Shown one piece after another: positions 36,202-48,255 of a stretch of 64,000 nucleotides of DNA (position 1 is its first letter; every line of letters begins with the position of its first letter). The stretch is taken from assembly GCA_964036045.1 (NCBI GenBank), contig OZ038379.1, forward strand, positions 44,020,001 to 44,084,000, written 5' to 3'. Source of the DNA: Eutreptiella sp. 'Long Island Sound 2002'. Taxonomy: Eukaryota; Protista; Euglenida. A program made the translations under genes and the position numbers. Under the pieces are notes generated by a model. It did no database searches, was not told the DNA's origin, and saw nothing but the letters and a program-made list of their open reading frames with translations.

Positions 36202-37283
36202 GCGGTTTAGCTCGACGGCGGTCTAGCCGGCCGAATCGCCGGCTGGCAGCCCGGCACTTCAGTTTGCCGATCAAAAAGGCCGGCCGAGGCTGCCGGGCAA
36301 TTCCAACGCACCCTTTCACCCCCCCACCCCCACCCCACCTCATGCCCGAGACCTCTTTTTTTTAAAACAGTTTCACCCTTTTCCACACGCTTTTTGCTCA
36401 TTTCCACCACATCCAGTCTTTTGTAGGTTGATTTCTCCCCCTCCATGGGGACCCTGAGAAGGCACGGGTTATGCGGCCATATTGATGTCTCCCTAGCATG
36501 GGGACCCCAAGAAGGCAAGGTTGATGTAGCCATATTCTTTGGCAACCCTAACTGCCCATCTATTTTGGACCCAATCAGACCCATTTTGTGAGTTTTCAAA
36601 ATCAGAATTTCAGGTGATGTTTTGTTCCGCGCATTGCATGTCAAAGCCCTATCAATGCCGTGAACAGTTTTCTTTCTTTGTGTGTTGACTAGTGTGTTGT
36701 GTGCTATGTTGTGTAGTATGGATTGTCCTCAGGCGATCAATGACCATGTTGTGTGTTGTGTGTTTGTGTACATACCAGCAGCACTGGACTATACACTCTT
36801 CGCGACATGCATGAGACCCTTGTAAAATGGTATACCAAAAAAAAATGAGCCATGGCTCACTCTTCTAGCTGAACCGAAAAATGCACCCTTGTATATGACC
36901 ATGGCTCATTCTTTTGGCTAGGTGATTGTTTGTACACCCCACATAGCGCTCACATAGCAGCCTCCTTCTTGGCCTGACGAGACCTATTGTTTTTGCGTTG
37001 GCAGCCCCTTGAAGGCTTTCACCACCAAGTTGTAGTACTGCAACATGGGTTATAGTTTTCGTGCACTATTTACAATGATGAGCTAGGTCATGGAGATTAG
37101 CAAGGTACCTGTTCGGCATTCTCTTAGTGTACTGGTCCATGTGCTTACTTGCCCGTAGATCAAGCCTTTTTCTTTGATGCTTGTCTGGTGCACAAGTGTA
37201 GCTTGCGTCTAACATTCTGGATGCAATGCCGTTTGTCCCCTTCTTGGCCGCTCTTGTGTACCAAACCAAGGACGAGTATCTAG

Positions 37284-37904
37284 ATGTTGTTAGTTATGAG
37301 GGTCAGCAGGCCAATTTTCTTGTTTTTTCTTTGTCACTTGGTTGTAATAGACATCGTAGACCTTCTCGTTGATGTCGAGGCGGAGGATGTTGACGCAGCC
37401 CCCGCCACCCGCGGCTCCAAGAGGAAGCCCCCCCGACACGGATGCCCCCCCTTCCAAGGCCCCCGCATGGGCATCCCCGCACAAGCTCCTTCCGCCACCG
37501 CCGGACGTGAGCTGGTCAAGGGGGATGTGTCCCAGTGGTTGCAGCAGCACCACCACCAACAATCGGACCCGTGGCAGGTCCAGGCGCTGTCCGCAGAGGC
37601 AACCCTCAGGGACATGGAGCAGCGCTATGCCCGGTCCCAGGAGGAGAAGCGGGCAGCAGGAGTGGAGAGGGACTCCCTGAAATGGGACACGGACAAGTTG
37701 CGGGATGACAAGGACAGGCTGCAGGCCAAGGTGAACACCTTGGAGCGCGAGGGGCGGCAGGGTTCTAGGGCCAGCGGCAGAAGGAGACCCCGAGACCCCG
37801 AGAGCCCAAGAGCCCCAGATGGTGGGTGGGGGGAGGGGAGGGGGGCGCCCAACCCCGCCGGTACCCGGTTCCTGTTGGCCGGTGCGCAAGCATGGCATGC
37901 GTAG
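37284..37904 (+). CDS. Coiled-coil ORF/exon of unknown function
   Basis: EATLRDMEQRYARSQEEKRAAGVERDSLKWDTDKLRDDKDRLQAKVNTLEREG heptad-like stretch. Confidence 0.35.
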   Translation: MLLVMRVSRPIFLFFLCHLVVIDIVDLLVDVEAEDVDAAPATRGSKRKPPRHGCPPFQGPRMGIPAQAPSATAGRELVKGDVSQWLQQHHHQQSDPWQVQALSAEATLRDMEQRYARSQEEKRAAGVERDSLKWDTDKLRDDKDRLQAKVNTLEREGRQGSRASGRRRPRDPESPRAPDGGWGEGRGAPNPAGTRFLLAGAQAWHA

Positions 37905-39159
37905 GCCGAGGCGGCGCATGGGCAGATGTCCGCAGTTGCCACCGGCCTGTGCATGGCGATACTGCGGGCCAAGATGGAAGTGGAGGTTGGGACGGTTGCT
38001 CCCGATTGGGGCATGGTCGAGCAGGCCCATGCCCAACTCGCGGCGCAGTAACCCACCCACCCACCGCCTCACCGCCGCGGCGTTGGACGCCGACTTCGGG
38101 GGGGAGGAGCACAGCTCCTAGGGCTCCACGGGCGGAGTTTTGCCGGGGGAGGGGGAGGGTAGCCTTGCCTTGCCTTGACCCGGTTGCCTCGTAACCTGCT
38201 AACCTAAATGACCTAAGTGTTACGTACCTACATGGGTGGAGTTATTTACAATTAAAGTACCTCCCCTCCGCTTTGCAACGCCCGCGTTGTTGTACATGCA
38301 TGGGCGGATTGATGTACATGTGAAGCACCCCCCCCCGTTGCAATGTCCAACAACCCCCCCCCCCCCGCCATGGAACCGTCGCTTCACACCCCATGTCTAT
38401 CATGCCAAGTAACTCAGCACGTGCAATGCAAGTGTGTCCCCAAAAGTGTGTTCCTTCGTGTCCGCGGTTACATTTGTAATGGATGCATACCATTGACATC
38501 ATTTTGGCACCGCATCAACTCAAGGGAAACTTTTGTGTTCTCGTTCCTTGCATCAGTGCCATAGGCGTTCATGTACATGCAAATATGTACAATAACCCCC
38601 CCCCCCCCGGCTCGGGGTGATGTACATACATGGGTACACTTATGCACATGTGAAGGAGATACAAGGTGGAAAAAGGTGGCTTGCCGATGATCTTTTTGTT
38701 TGTGCGTGTATTCAGCGCCTAAGTTTGTTGCTTGGGCTTCTTTGTGCTCCAGAGTACCCGACCTTGAACCGATCACCGTTCTCCCACCACCGCAGTGCCT
38801 CTCCCGATGGTACATGTAAGAAGAGCATCGCAAGGTTTACACCTGGGTCCGTGGAAGCGACGTTGCAGGGGGCATACCTCTGGACCGCCGGCCGCCATAG
38901 GATCTTTCATGTGAAAAAAGGATAAATTCGTACGAATTTCGTGGCACCTGACTATGAAGTCCCCATTGGGAACAAGGTGAACTGCAGCGAATTCATGCAA
39001 AATTCGTACCAAATATGTACGAATTTCGTACAAATTTCACCAAACTTAGTCAATTTGTGCATTGGGACCATTGATGATTCGTACCACCGTCCAATTGGGT
39101 AATGGCTAAGACCACCCGACCACCCCCTCCGCACATCCACAGGGTTTCCTGCACACACA

Positions 39160-39540
39160 ATGGGGCGGGGTGACGGGGCACGGCCCAAGGGGCCCTTCTA
39201 TTTGGTAGGTGATCGCTCGAGAAGGAGACGCCTACAAGACCTCCAGCAAGTGATTAGCAAGGAGCTCGCAGCACTGTGCACCGCCAAGTATTTGCCCGAT
39301 ACCGGGGAAATAGTCCTTACCCCGGAGACCCGAGTTACATGGACCGTGGACCTTGGGCCCAGCATGGAGGAGAGGTTGGTGATGGCCGTTTGCCGGATCC
39401 GGTCCTTGCACCTCTCTAGGACGAAGGCGTGGTACCTGGTGGGGAGCATGACGTACGGTGTGGTATGGAAACAGGTCCACGACATGCTTCAGAAGCTAGC
39501 TTCACCGGAGTCCCGGGCGTCACTCTCAAGGCTATCCTGA
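39160..39540 (+). CDS. 126-aa ORF of unknown function
   Basis: Clean ATG-to-TGA ORF with globular composition, next to a TTCGTAC motif cluster that includes a 16-bp palindrome at 38924-38939. Confidence 0.3.
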   Translation: MGRGDGARPKGPFYLVGDRSRRRRLQDLQQVISKELAALCTAKYLPDTGEIVLTPETRVTWTVDLGPSMEERLVMAVCRIRSLHLSRTKAWYLVGSMTYGVVWKQVHDMLQKLASPESRASLSRLS

Positions 39541-39854
39541 GGCAATTTAAGCTTATCCGTAGTGGGTAGTGTACGGCCAAGTGGTTTGGTGCAGCAGCTC
39601 AAGAGATTTGCATGTGATACCATCTGATGTTGTTACATTGTCGTCCTAATGCTGACATGTTTGGTCACAATGAGAAGGTTGCTGCCACTCAGAGCGTTCG
39701 ACGTAAGTTGGCACGCTCAGCTTCATGTGCTCGTCATACAACTTCTATTGCACTTGGGGCACAGCACTATGGTGCAGCTCTGTGGGCCTTTATATAAGGA
39801 GCTATACTTGCTCAATGGTTTGATCCCTAGGTACACGCTATCAAATGCCATTCT

Positions 39855-41431
39855 GTTCTAGCCTAGAACCGCTAGAACGGCTAGATAAAAAAAAATGGGG
39901 GTTACCCCGACCCATGGGCATAGGGGGTCTGGGGTATGAAGGGTGCAACTTGGACCCAGACACCGGCAAAAACGTGTTCTAGCGACGTTCTAGCGGCGCT
40001 CGCTAGAACGTCGCTAGGACGACTACAACGAGTGCTCCGATACTCCTCAAAGACAAGGTGCCCTGGGTACCATGGCTAATCATAGGGTCTTGATGATGGA
40101 CCCAACTCGCCCCCCCCCCCCCCGGTAAGCCCCGTTACCCCCCCCCCCCCCCGAACCCATAGGTCACTTGGAGGGTCATTTGGCGGGCCGGCGCCGGGTG
40201 ACATGGTGGAGGGTCAACCCGATTAGCCCGGGTAGTGCCCCAACCCCCTTTCGCGAGTCACGACACGTAGGTCACCCCTCTTGCGTGCTGGGGGGTTGCC
40301 GGCGCGCATCCTTGTTCCCGGTAGCCCCCTTGTCAACCCCATGCCCCCCCCCCTCTTTAACCCCCCTCATCACCCCCCTCCTACTCCTTGCCACCGCCAT
40401 TGTCAGCCCCGTCCCCCTTGTCGTCGGCCTTGTCACCTCCACCCGCCTCGTCATCCCCTTTGTCCCCATCGCTCTCCCCCATTGCCAACTGGAGGTATCG
40501 CTCCGCCTCCTCCCGGGTGGCGAGGAGAAGGGACGAGGGCACCTGGAAGGTGCCCCCATTCGTCTCTCTCTTCCCCTGCTTCCGCCTCCACCCCCCCCCC
40601 CCCTTGTACCCCAAGGACACCGGCCGGCACTCCTCGGGGCTGAGGTCCGCATCCCCATCCGCCAACACCATCATTTGGCTGACGGTCCCCCCATTGCCCC
40701 CCTCCTCCCAAGGGACGTGCCGGGTGTCCCCCACACCCAGCGTCTTTGAGTAGGGTTTGCGGCCCCTACTTGCGAGCGGGTGGGGTTGGGGTTGGGGGGT
40801 GAGTGTGGCCTTGGGTTTCGGTTTCGGTTTGGGTTTGGCGGCCTTCTTGATTTCGGAGTGGGGTCCTCTTCTCCATCGCTCTCACTCTCAAAATTTTTGC
40901 TATTAGCCTTCTTCTTGGGGGCCCCCTTGGCCTTGCAGAGGGGGGGGGGGGGGCTCCCACCACCGCTGCTGCTGCTGTTGCCGCTGCTACGGCTGCCAGT
41001 GCCGCTGCTGCTCCTCATGCTTTTGCTGCTTGTGTTGTTGCGATCCCCCTCTTCCCCTACCGACACCCACGTTGCACGTTGCACGTCTAGCCCCCCGTGA
41101 ATGCTTGTTGGCCTCCTTGCGACCCAATCCCCTCAACACCGAGAGCTCCATGTTGGGGTCATTTCCTAACATGCCCCCAAGCTCCGTCAGCCCCACCAGG
41201 TGAGTGCATCCTCCGCCGTCCCGCCACTCCACCCGGACCCCGCACAGGTCACCAGCGCATGTGTGGAGGCTGCCCACTTGTGAAAAAAAGAAACAAGGAA
41301 AGTGTTCTAGCGACGTTATAGGCAACTGTTCTAGCGACATTCTAGCCAACTTCTAGCGGCAGCGGCGGTGGTTTGGCTAGATCAATGCCAGACCGCTAGG
41401 CTAGAGTGACGCCAGAACACAGCAAACATAC
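39855..41431 (-). mobile_element. Degenerate element with CTAG-motif arrays and a low-complexity spliced ORF
   Basis: TTCTAGCG/CGCTAGAA motif clusters at 39855-40030 and 41300-41405. The second cluster lies in a candidate minus-strand intron from GTATGT (41431) to a pyrimidine tract plus AG (41277). The interrupted G/E/D/P-rich ORFs at 40381-41276 lie between the two clusters. Confidence 0.4.
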
Positions 41432-43249
41432 CGTCCGCCGCATGTCGAGGATTGGAGGGATTGCCCCCAGGGCCCTCACTCAAGAAGGCGTTCCGGAGGT
41501 TTTGGGGGTGCGGCTGCTACGGGACGGCAGTGGCGGCTCGGGGCTTTGGTTCGGGAGGGGGCTTGGGGCGGTAGGCGATGGCGTGGGGCAACCCCCCATA
41601 GGCCCCACGGCTCACCGGGTCAAACCCTCCAACCCCCAACAGCTCCGACCACTTGTGCACCCATGCCAACGTCCGCCCCTCAGCCTGCATCCCCCCAAAC
41701 CCGAACGTCCCCAGCTATGGCAAAGGAAGCGGAGGTGCGGGGCACCCGCCTTTTTCACCTCGGGGGTTAAGACGTTGTATTGCACGAGGGCATACATCTT
41801 CACCCCCGAGGACGACGGACGCCCCTGCTGATCCTTAGTGGGCTGGAATTGCCGTTCCCCTCCACCCCCTCCCCCGACTTGCAATGGCTGGTCCGCGTGC
41901 ACCCCCCTTTCATCCCCCCCTCACCCCCCAAGGATCTTGGTCTGGATCCGTTGCAAAATGAAACGGACAATCCACAGTGACTCTCCATGGAACAAGGAGG
42001 GGGCTGTGCAACCCGGGGGTTGGGGTGGGGGTCTCGGAGGGCAGGGGCGGGGGAGGGGCAAGGCAGGTCCGAGATGGCCTTGCCATTGCGGTGCCCCCCA
42101 AAACCCCCTCAGCCAATCCGACACCACCGACTTGCCCCCCCCCCCCTTCCTTCTTCTCTTGCGGCTCCTCCTCCATCGCCCCCCCCCCCCCCCTTCCTTC
42201 TTCTTCCCCAACCCCCTGGGAAGGGGACTGGGCCTGAGTGCGACCGGACGTGGGGTCCCCCGGCAGCGGAGTATGGATGGTGCAAACAGGGCAAGGCAGA
42301 CCGCGCTCACCACAAATGGCAGAGAGCGCAGAAGGGAATTGTGTACCACAGCCGTAGCTCCGAGGTAGGCCTCGGTGAAGGAAGGCCTAGTAGAGTGTGA
42401 GGGCCTGCCACAGCTCCGTCGCACTGCATTGCAAAGGTGGACTGCAGTGCAGAAGTTGCATTCCGGATTCCCACCCAGGAAGGTGGATGCCCGCGGCAGT
42501 GCGGATGTCCGCAGTAGTACGGATGCCTGCTTGTCATAGCAGAAGGTTCAAAGGCGAGAGGCCAATAGGCGCCGCCATCGGCTAACAGAGCCAACCACCA
42601 AGGCGTTGTGCCACCCCCCCCCCCCCCCGTGACCCGGTACAGAAGGCCAAGGCCAAAGCACCATCAAAAGCCACCTGGAGTGGTACAGAACTGGTCTGCG
42701 CTGCAGTGCAGCAAGGCACAACACTGAACTGTGTGGTGATGACCATGCGCCTGTAACACGGGGACGTATGCGAGCCCAGTATCCGTTGCCTCATGGCCCT
42801 GACCCGGCACTAGTCTAAAAACCCTGAGGATGGTAGTGAGGTGCAAATGCTGACCTGAATGCAATCTGGCTTGTGTACATGTGTCCTTGTGCTTGTGTGT
42901 TTGAAGGCCAGTTCCCCCAATCCCCCACCCCACCTATGCCCGGCCTATGAAACCCCTGGGCAAAACCATGGGCAAAATGGTGCCTAATGATTGGGATTTT
43001 CCACTTCTTGTGCCCGGTGCTCAAGGTTTAAACCCCGGGCCCAATTAAAATCATACAAACTACATAAAATCACGCACGTTAGATTTTATTGAAATTGGGT
43101 GAAACAAAATCACGTGCATGATTTCCCTTTCCTCAAATACACAGAAAACGCTAAACGAGGCAAAAAAGGCGGACAGCCACTAGAATTCGACCCAATTCTG
43201 ATTGTATTGCTCATCGCCTTCCAAAAAAACTAGGGGAGCGCACTTAGCG

Positions 43250-43960
43250 CAACGCAACTATTTGGGCGTTTGGCCGTAATGGAGACCCATACTTTGAGAC
43301 ACCAGGGGCATCATTGTTGTCCTCTTCGATCCGAATTGTGCCTGTTGTATGTACAAAGTAACGGTTGCCATTGATAGTCCTGGCAACATTGTTTGGATTT
43401 CTGTGTTGGCCCCGGGGACATTGGCGGATGTTCTCATTTGGGATCGCGGGGGGCCCAAAAAGGTCAAGGGACATCATATGGATTATGAGACTTACTCCAT
43501 GGATGGTGCATACAAGGGCCGCCTCCATGTGGTATGGCCCTTTATCGATTGAAAGACTTTGACGGGGCGCCAAAAGGAATGCAACGCTGTGCATGGTATC
43601 TATAGGGCACAAATTGAGCACTTGTTTGCACGCATGTGGCATTGGGGCATTGTAAGGAACATATGGAGGGGATCCGGTACTGAGTTGCATGAGTACGTGC
43701 ATATGCTCTTGCATTTGCAGTCATTTTTTATTCAAAGACAAATACGGTACCCTCCATATGGTCCATGGGAACATGTACCCGCACATGTATGGGCTGCACC
43801 TACACAGAAGGACGATGAGGAGGAGGATGTTGTGGGTCACGATGGGGATGTATGTGCCCTTTGTTGCACCAAGTCTGACCCTGAGAAGATGTCCATGTGT
43901 GACAAGTGTCGGTTGCAATATTGTACGGATTGCATTGACACGCATACATGTGACAATGTC
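43250..43960 (+). pseudogene. DDE_Tnp_4 transposase with a C-terminal Cys-rich finger; one premature TGA
   Basis: YKVTVAIDSPGNIVWIS..PGTLAD...MDGAY (D at 43502), TGA at 43550-43552, then KTLTGRQKECNAVHGIYRAQIEHLFARM (E at 43616). CALC-x12-CDKC-x4-CTDC-x3-HTC at 43853-43951. Confidence 0.8.
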
Positions 43961-44149
43961 ACGGTTCTTGAATTCAGCAGATGTGTCATGTTGTGCACAC
44001 AAGTGGCTCACTCTGATTTTTTGTACTTAGTGGACAATAGATCAGAAAGAAGCACATGTGTTGTTGAGAGGGGACATTTGGGGTTGATGGCTTTCCGCAT
44101 TTTGCATGATGTCTTATGTGGAGGGAAGTTAGCTTGCATTTGTCTTCAG

Positions 44150-44400
44150 CTACGGTAGTTCGGGTGACCTAAATTTAGGGGCGTTTGGAAGGGGCGGGCC
44201 TGGGCTCTCTTCGGGGGGAACTTAGTGTAAAAGTAGCGCGCAGTGCAAGGGCTCCCCCTAGCAATTGTCAACTGCTTGGGCATTGGCTTTGGTATTGCCT
44301 TGGGCTTCGGCTTGGGAGCTGGTAATGGGGCTGCTTCATCATCTTCGTCTATTGCCCAACAATCATCAACTTCCAACTCATCAATATCACGTGCCTCAGC
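44150..44400 (-). pseudogene. Terminal exon of a convergent second ORF of the transposon (acidic then PKPK-rich)
   Basis: ARDIDELEVDDCWAIDEDDEAAPLPAPKPKPKAIPKPMPK...RS*, preceded by a pyrimidine tract plus AG. Assignment to the transposon is inference. Confidence 0.3.
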
Positions 44401-47193
44401 AAGGAAAGTAAGAACTGGGTAATGCATGTTATATCTGGTGAAAACGGAAATACAATCAGGAAGGGTCAGAGTAAAATCATGCAAAAAACAAAATCGCCAA
44501 GGCCTACCCGAGCACGCCACATGCTCTATTGTGGGAGACCATGTACACTTTGGGTGTCCCTGCATCGATGGTGTCACGCCTTCGTCGGGCATACAGGCAA
44601 ACCCGATATTTCTTCCGAGCTAGGGGGAGGCAGCACTCCTACTGTCAACAGCGGGGGGTCAAGGAGGGATGTCCCCTCTCCCCGCTGTCGTTTTGTGTAG
44701 GATACGAAATTTTTCACCGGACCCTCAGCAAGGAGTTCCCACACCTGTGAAATTCTTTGTGTACATGGATGATGTGGCGTTCATTGCGCCGGACTCCGAA
44801 ACCACACATCTTGTGCTGCACAGGGTCAGCGAACTCGGCCGAATCCTGGGTTTTCGAGTGAACTCAGGTAAGACCGAAATATACCGCTGGACTCCGCGTC
44901 ACGTCACTGAGTCCTTTATGTGGGACGGTGTGTCCAACAAAGTTCGCCCCCCCATTCTGCAGTATTTGGGGCACATTTTGGCCCACCCCCAGTGGGCCCA
45001 CAAGGCCCGGGCGGACTACGTTGCACTGGTCCAGTCATACCTGGCTCAGTATGCCTCGGTCCCCATGAATGCCGCGCTGGATGCATCGCTTGATTCTGCT
45101 ACCATCGGACAAGATGTTTCATCGCATCGATTCCATGGTGTCGGATTTCGTCCGCCAACCCAAGGGTATGGAGACGTCCCGCAATCACCACCTCCTGGGA
45201 CTCCGGTGAGAGATGAAGGTCTTGGACTACGATACATCTACTGGGCATACCGCGGGCGTTTCATTACCAGAATGCAACGCACACTCCGGACTCACCCAGA
45301 CCTTTTTCCCTTTCCTTTGGACAAAGGTGTCCCTTGCACTCATACGACCCTCCTGGCCTATGTCTCACTGCTCCAGTCACTCGGGGCCCTCCCCGGGATA
45401 TCTCTACAACCCGTGAAGTGACGTCCCTACGGACCAGAGCTTTTTGATAGCGAGGACACACAGGACGGTCGGCTGTTGGCTGCCCACCAGCCTACAGTGG
45501 GACAACCTGACATTGCCATGAAATACTGTTCCCCATCCCCTGTGTGGCATATTGAGGAACACGGAGACACCCCGCCTGGGTTCACGAGGACGGAGGTATG
45601 CGGTTATGAGGTATACACCAATGGGCGACCCCCGGTGGGCAATTCCTGGCACAGTGACGGGAGCAAGCTGGTGGTGACGCCAGACTGTCAGGGATCACCA
45701 CAGGGATCCGGGGCGGGAATGGCACTGACATGCGGCCCTTTCCAGTGCATTGCCAGGGTCCACGGACCCCAGACGTCATATCGCGCCGAGCTAATGGGAC
45801 TGTGCGTGGCTGCTCACCTGGCGGCCCCGGGGTCCACCATCACCTTGGACAATCAGGCAGTGGTGGATCATGGCCCTGTGGAACCCCACCGAGAGGCCTC
45901 CGATATGCACCTCCGCTGGCGGGTGTCGGCCACCCTGCGGGGGAAGAACATTCGGGTCCGCTGGATCCCAGGGCACCGGAAAACTTCATCTGCCTGTGAT
46001 GCCCAGGAATTGGACGACATCAAACGTAACAATGAAGTGGACCGTCTCGCCAAACTGGCAACATCCCTCCCTTTGCCTCTCCACAACCCCACAGGTCCGT
46101 CCAGCATATCCGTGGGGGGGACCGAGGCTCCGACCCCCGCGAGTAAATGGATTGCTGCCACGCGCCCGTATCAGACGTACCGGGGTCTGCATTGGGCAAC
46201 GTGGCTCCCTCTGCGGGCGCTGCGCCGACACGTGTGGGTTCAGTTGATGTGGGAAAAAACCAAAGTCCTCTGCCCCCTATCTTCTCAGTGGCATCGGGGT
46301 ACTCCGCACGCACGACTAGTGCATTGTAGTGCATGGTCCCCGGTTTTCTTTCGGGAATGGGTCCGCACGTGGGGTCCTTGGGAGGACATGGCACAACGGT
46401 GGCTTGACCAGGCCTTGCCGGAAGATCTGGACCACATTTCCAAATTGCGTATTCCCCAGTCTTTCATCGACACTGTACCGCGGGAACGGCTACGCGAGCT
46501 CCGGTACCACGTGGCGTGGCATCAGTATCATATGATGCATGCCACAACCCTCCTACGCCAGTCCCTACCCATGCCCCCACGCACTGACGGGACTCGCTCG
46601 AATGTTGACAGCCGCAGCACGCCAATATGGTACACCAAACTCCGTCGCCGGGTTGTCTTTCTGAACCCCGACGATGCCATGCTGCGGGCACAGGTACACT
46701 ACTAACCGCGGGAGGGGGGGCGCAACCAACGCGGCCCCAAGCAACCGCGGTCGTCCCCTGACGCTCGTGCGTCACACTTTTTGCAGCAGCCTCACTCTTA
46801 CAACACGGTGTGTACGCTCCTCCGTCTCCTCTCTTCTCTGAGTCCGCCTCTTTAGGCCAGGGTCCACGACTATGTGTCTCGCCCGCTCACCTCCTCCAAT
46901 CCAGGCCCCCACCGACCCCCCGTGGCTCATCCGGGTCTCCTGGAGGAGGTTTTTCTCATGAGGTCTGTGGCTCAGTTACACCCCCTCTGGAGAGACATGC
47001 GCCGTGACCTACAGGCACACCACAGATCCCATACACTTTTCCTTCATATGGCCTGCAAGACCACCGTCTGGTTGCACGCGATGGTCTCGGCATGGAGGGC
47101 CCCGCTACTGTCAGCCCGGTACCTGTTCCGCACGTCTTGCTTTAAGGGTGCCATGCATGCCAAGGTGAATATGGCTCGTGCCCTGCTCACATA

Positions 47194-47623
47194 ACCCCCC
47201 CCCCCCAAATAAGATACCCCCCCAAATAGTGTACCCCCCTTGGCTTAATAAGCGTTTTGCCAAATACTGTACCCCCTTTTCATCACATACAAGCAAACGA
47301 AACACAAACAAATTCAGGATACGGTCTCAACACCACAACACAGTAGCTCACTTGAAGAAAGTGGTGATTGTGGTTTGCAGGTTTGTCTACAGCAAGCATG
47401 CACACAAAGCATATCTACAGCCGCATCAGCATCGGAGCCGGATGCCATTGATGTGGACAGGGCTGCAGACCTATGACGAAAGAGAAGGCAAAGGGGGGTG
47501 AGGGTGAGGGTGACAGCGAAACACCCAAATAGTGTACCCCCCCAAATAGTGTAACCCCCTGGCCCTATTGAGCGTCAGGCAAATACCGTACCCCGGGGTA
47601 CGTTATTTGGGGGGGGGGGGGTT
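47194..47623. mobile_element. 430-bp MITE with poly-C TIRs and TA TSD inserted in the LINE ORF
   Basis: TA at 47192-47193 and 47624-47625. TIRs A-C12-AAATAA and TTATTT-G13-TT. Removing it converts the stop ACA TAA into ACA TAC CAT and restores frame with ORF 47738-48028. Confidence 0.85.
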
Positions 47624-48157
47624 TACCATACTTACACCCTCTCCTACCTTCCTACGCTCACGCTGATTACCACCCTCGTGGGGGTGTACCAGCGCCAGAC
47701 ACGCACCATCTGAGGTGCCACTCTGCACCATGCATCCATGTCCCATCAGAAATATATGACATGGGCCTCCATGATGATCTACCGCATTCGGGCCTACGAG
47801 CAGTGGGTCCACACTTGCATGACGGAGGCTGAGCGCTTGTACAGGGCAACCTTCTCCGGCACGTCCCAGTCTATCCGAGCTTCGTATGTAGAACTGATTC
47901 ACTCCCGCCATAGGGCGGCGTACGAATCGGCACGTGCCCTGAAGCGACACATACACTCCCAGTACGTCGGCCTCGGTATTGGGCGTCTCTTGGCGCGTCA
48001 GTGGGCCCACTGGGTCACAGTCACTTAACACTGGCAAGAGGTAGCTTGGCGCGAGAAGGGTCAGTATCTGGAGAGCGAGTTAGTGGCCCTGCTCGTTCTA
48101 CAGTTGAAGGCCGGCGCCCGCTGTCCCCCGATACCCGTGTCTGCAAGTGGCGGTGCC

Positions 48158-48255
48158 TACAACCCCCCAGCCCGACTGCTGTCCAACTTACAGGGTCGCC
48201 CAACAGTACAACCCCCCAGCCCGACTGCTGTCCAACTTACAGGGTCGCCCAACAG
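48158..48255 (+). repeat. Perfect 49-bp tandem duplication
   Basis: TACAACCCCCCAGCCCGACTGCTGTCCAACTTACAGGGTCGCCCAACAG at 48158-48206 and 48207-48255. Confidence 0.95.

Noticed and set aside
15420-47713. Stop-codon reassignment or readthrough suggested by isolated in-frame stops (15422, 17750, 43550, 47711)
   Set aside because: Both TAG and TGA (and TAA at 433) occur, most are one C-to-T change from CAG or CGA, and the same ORFs or their neighbours also carry frameshifts; ordinary decay explains them.
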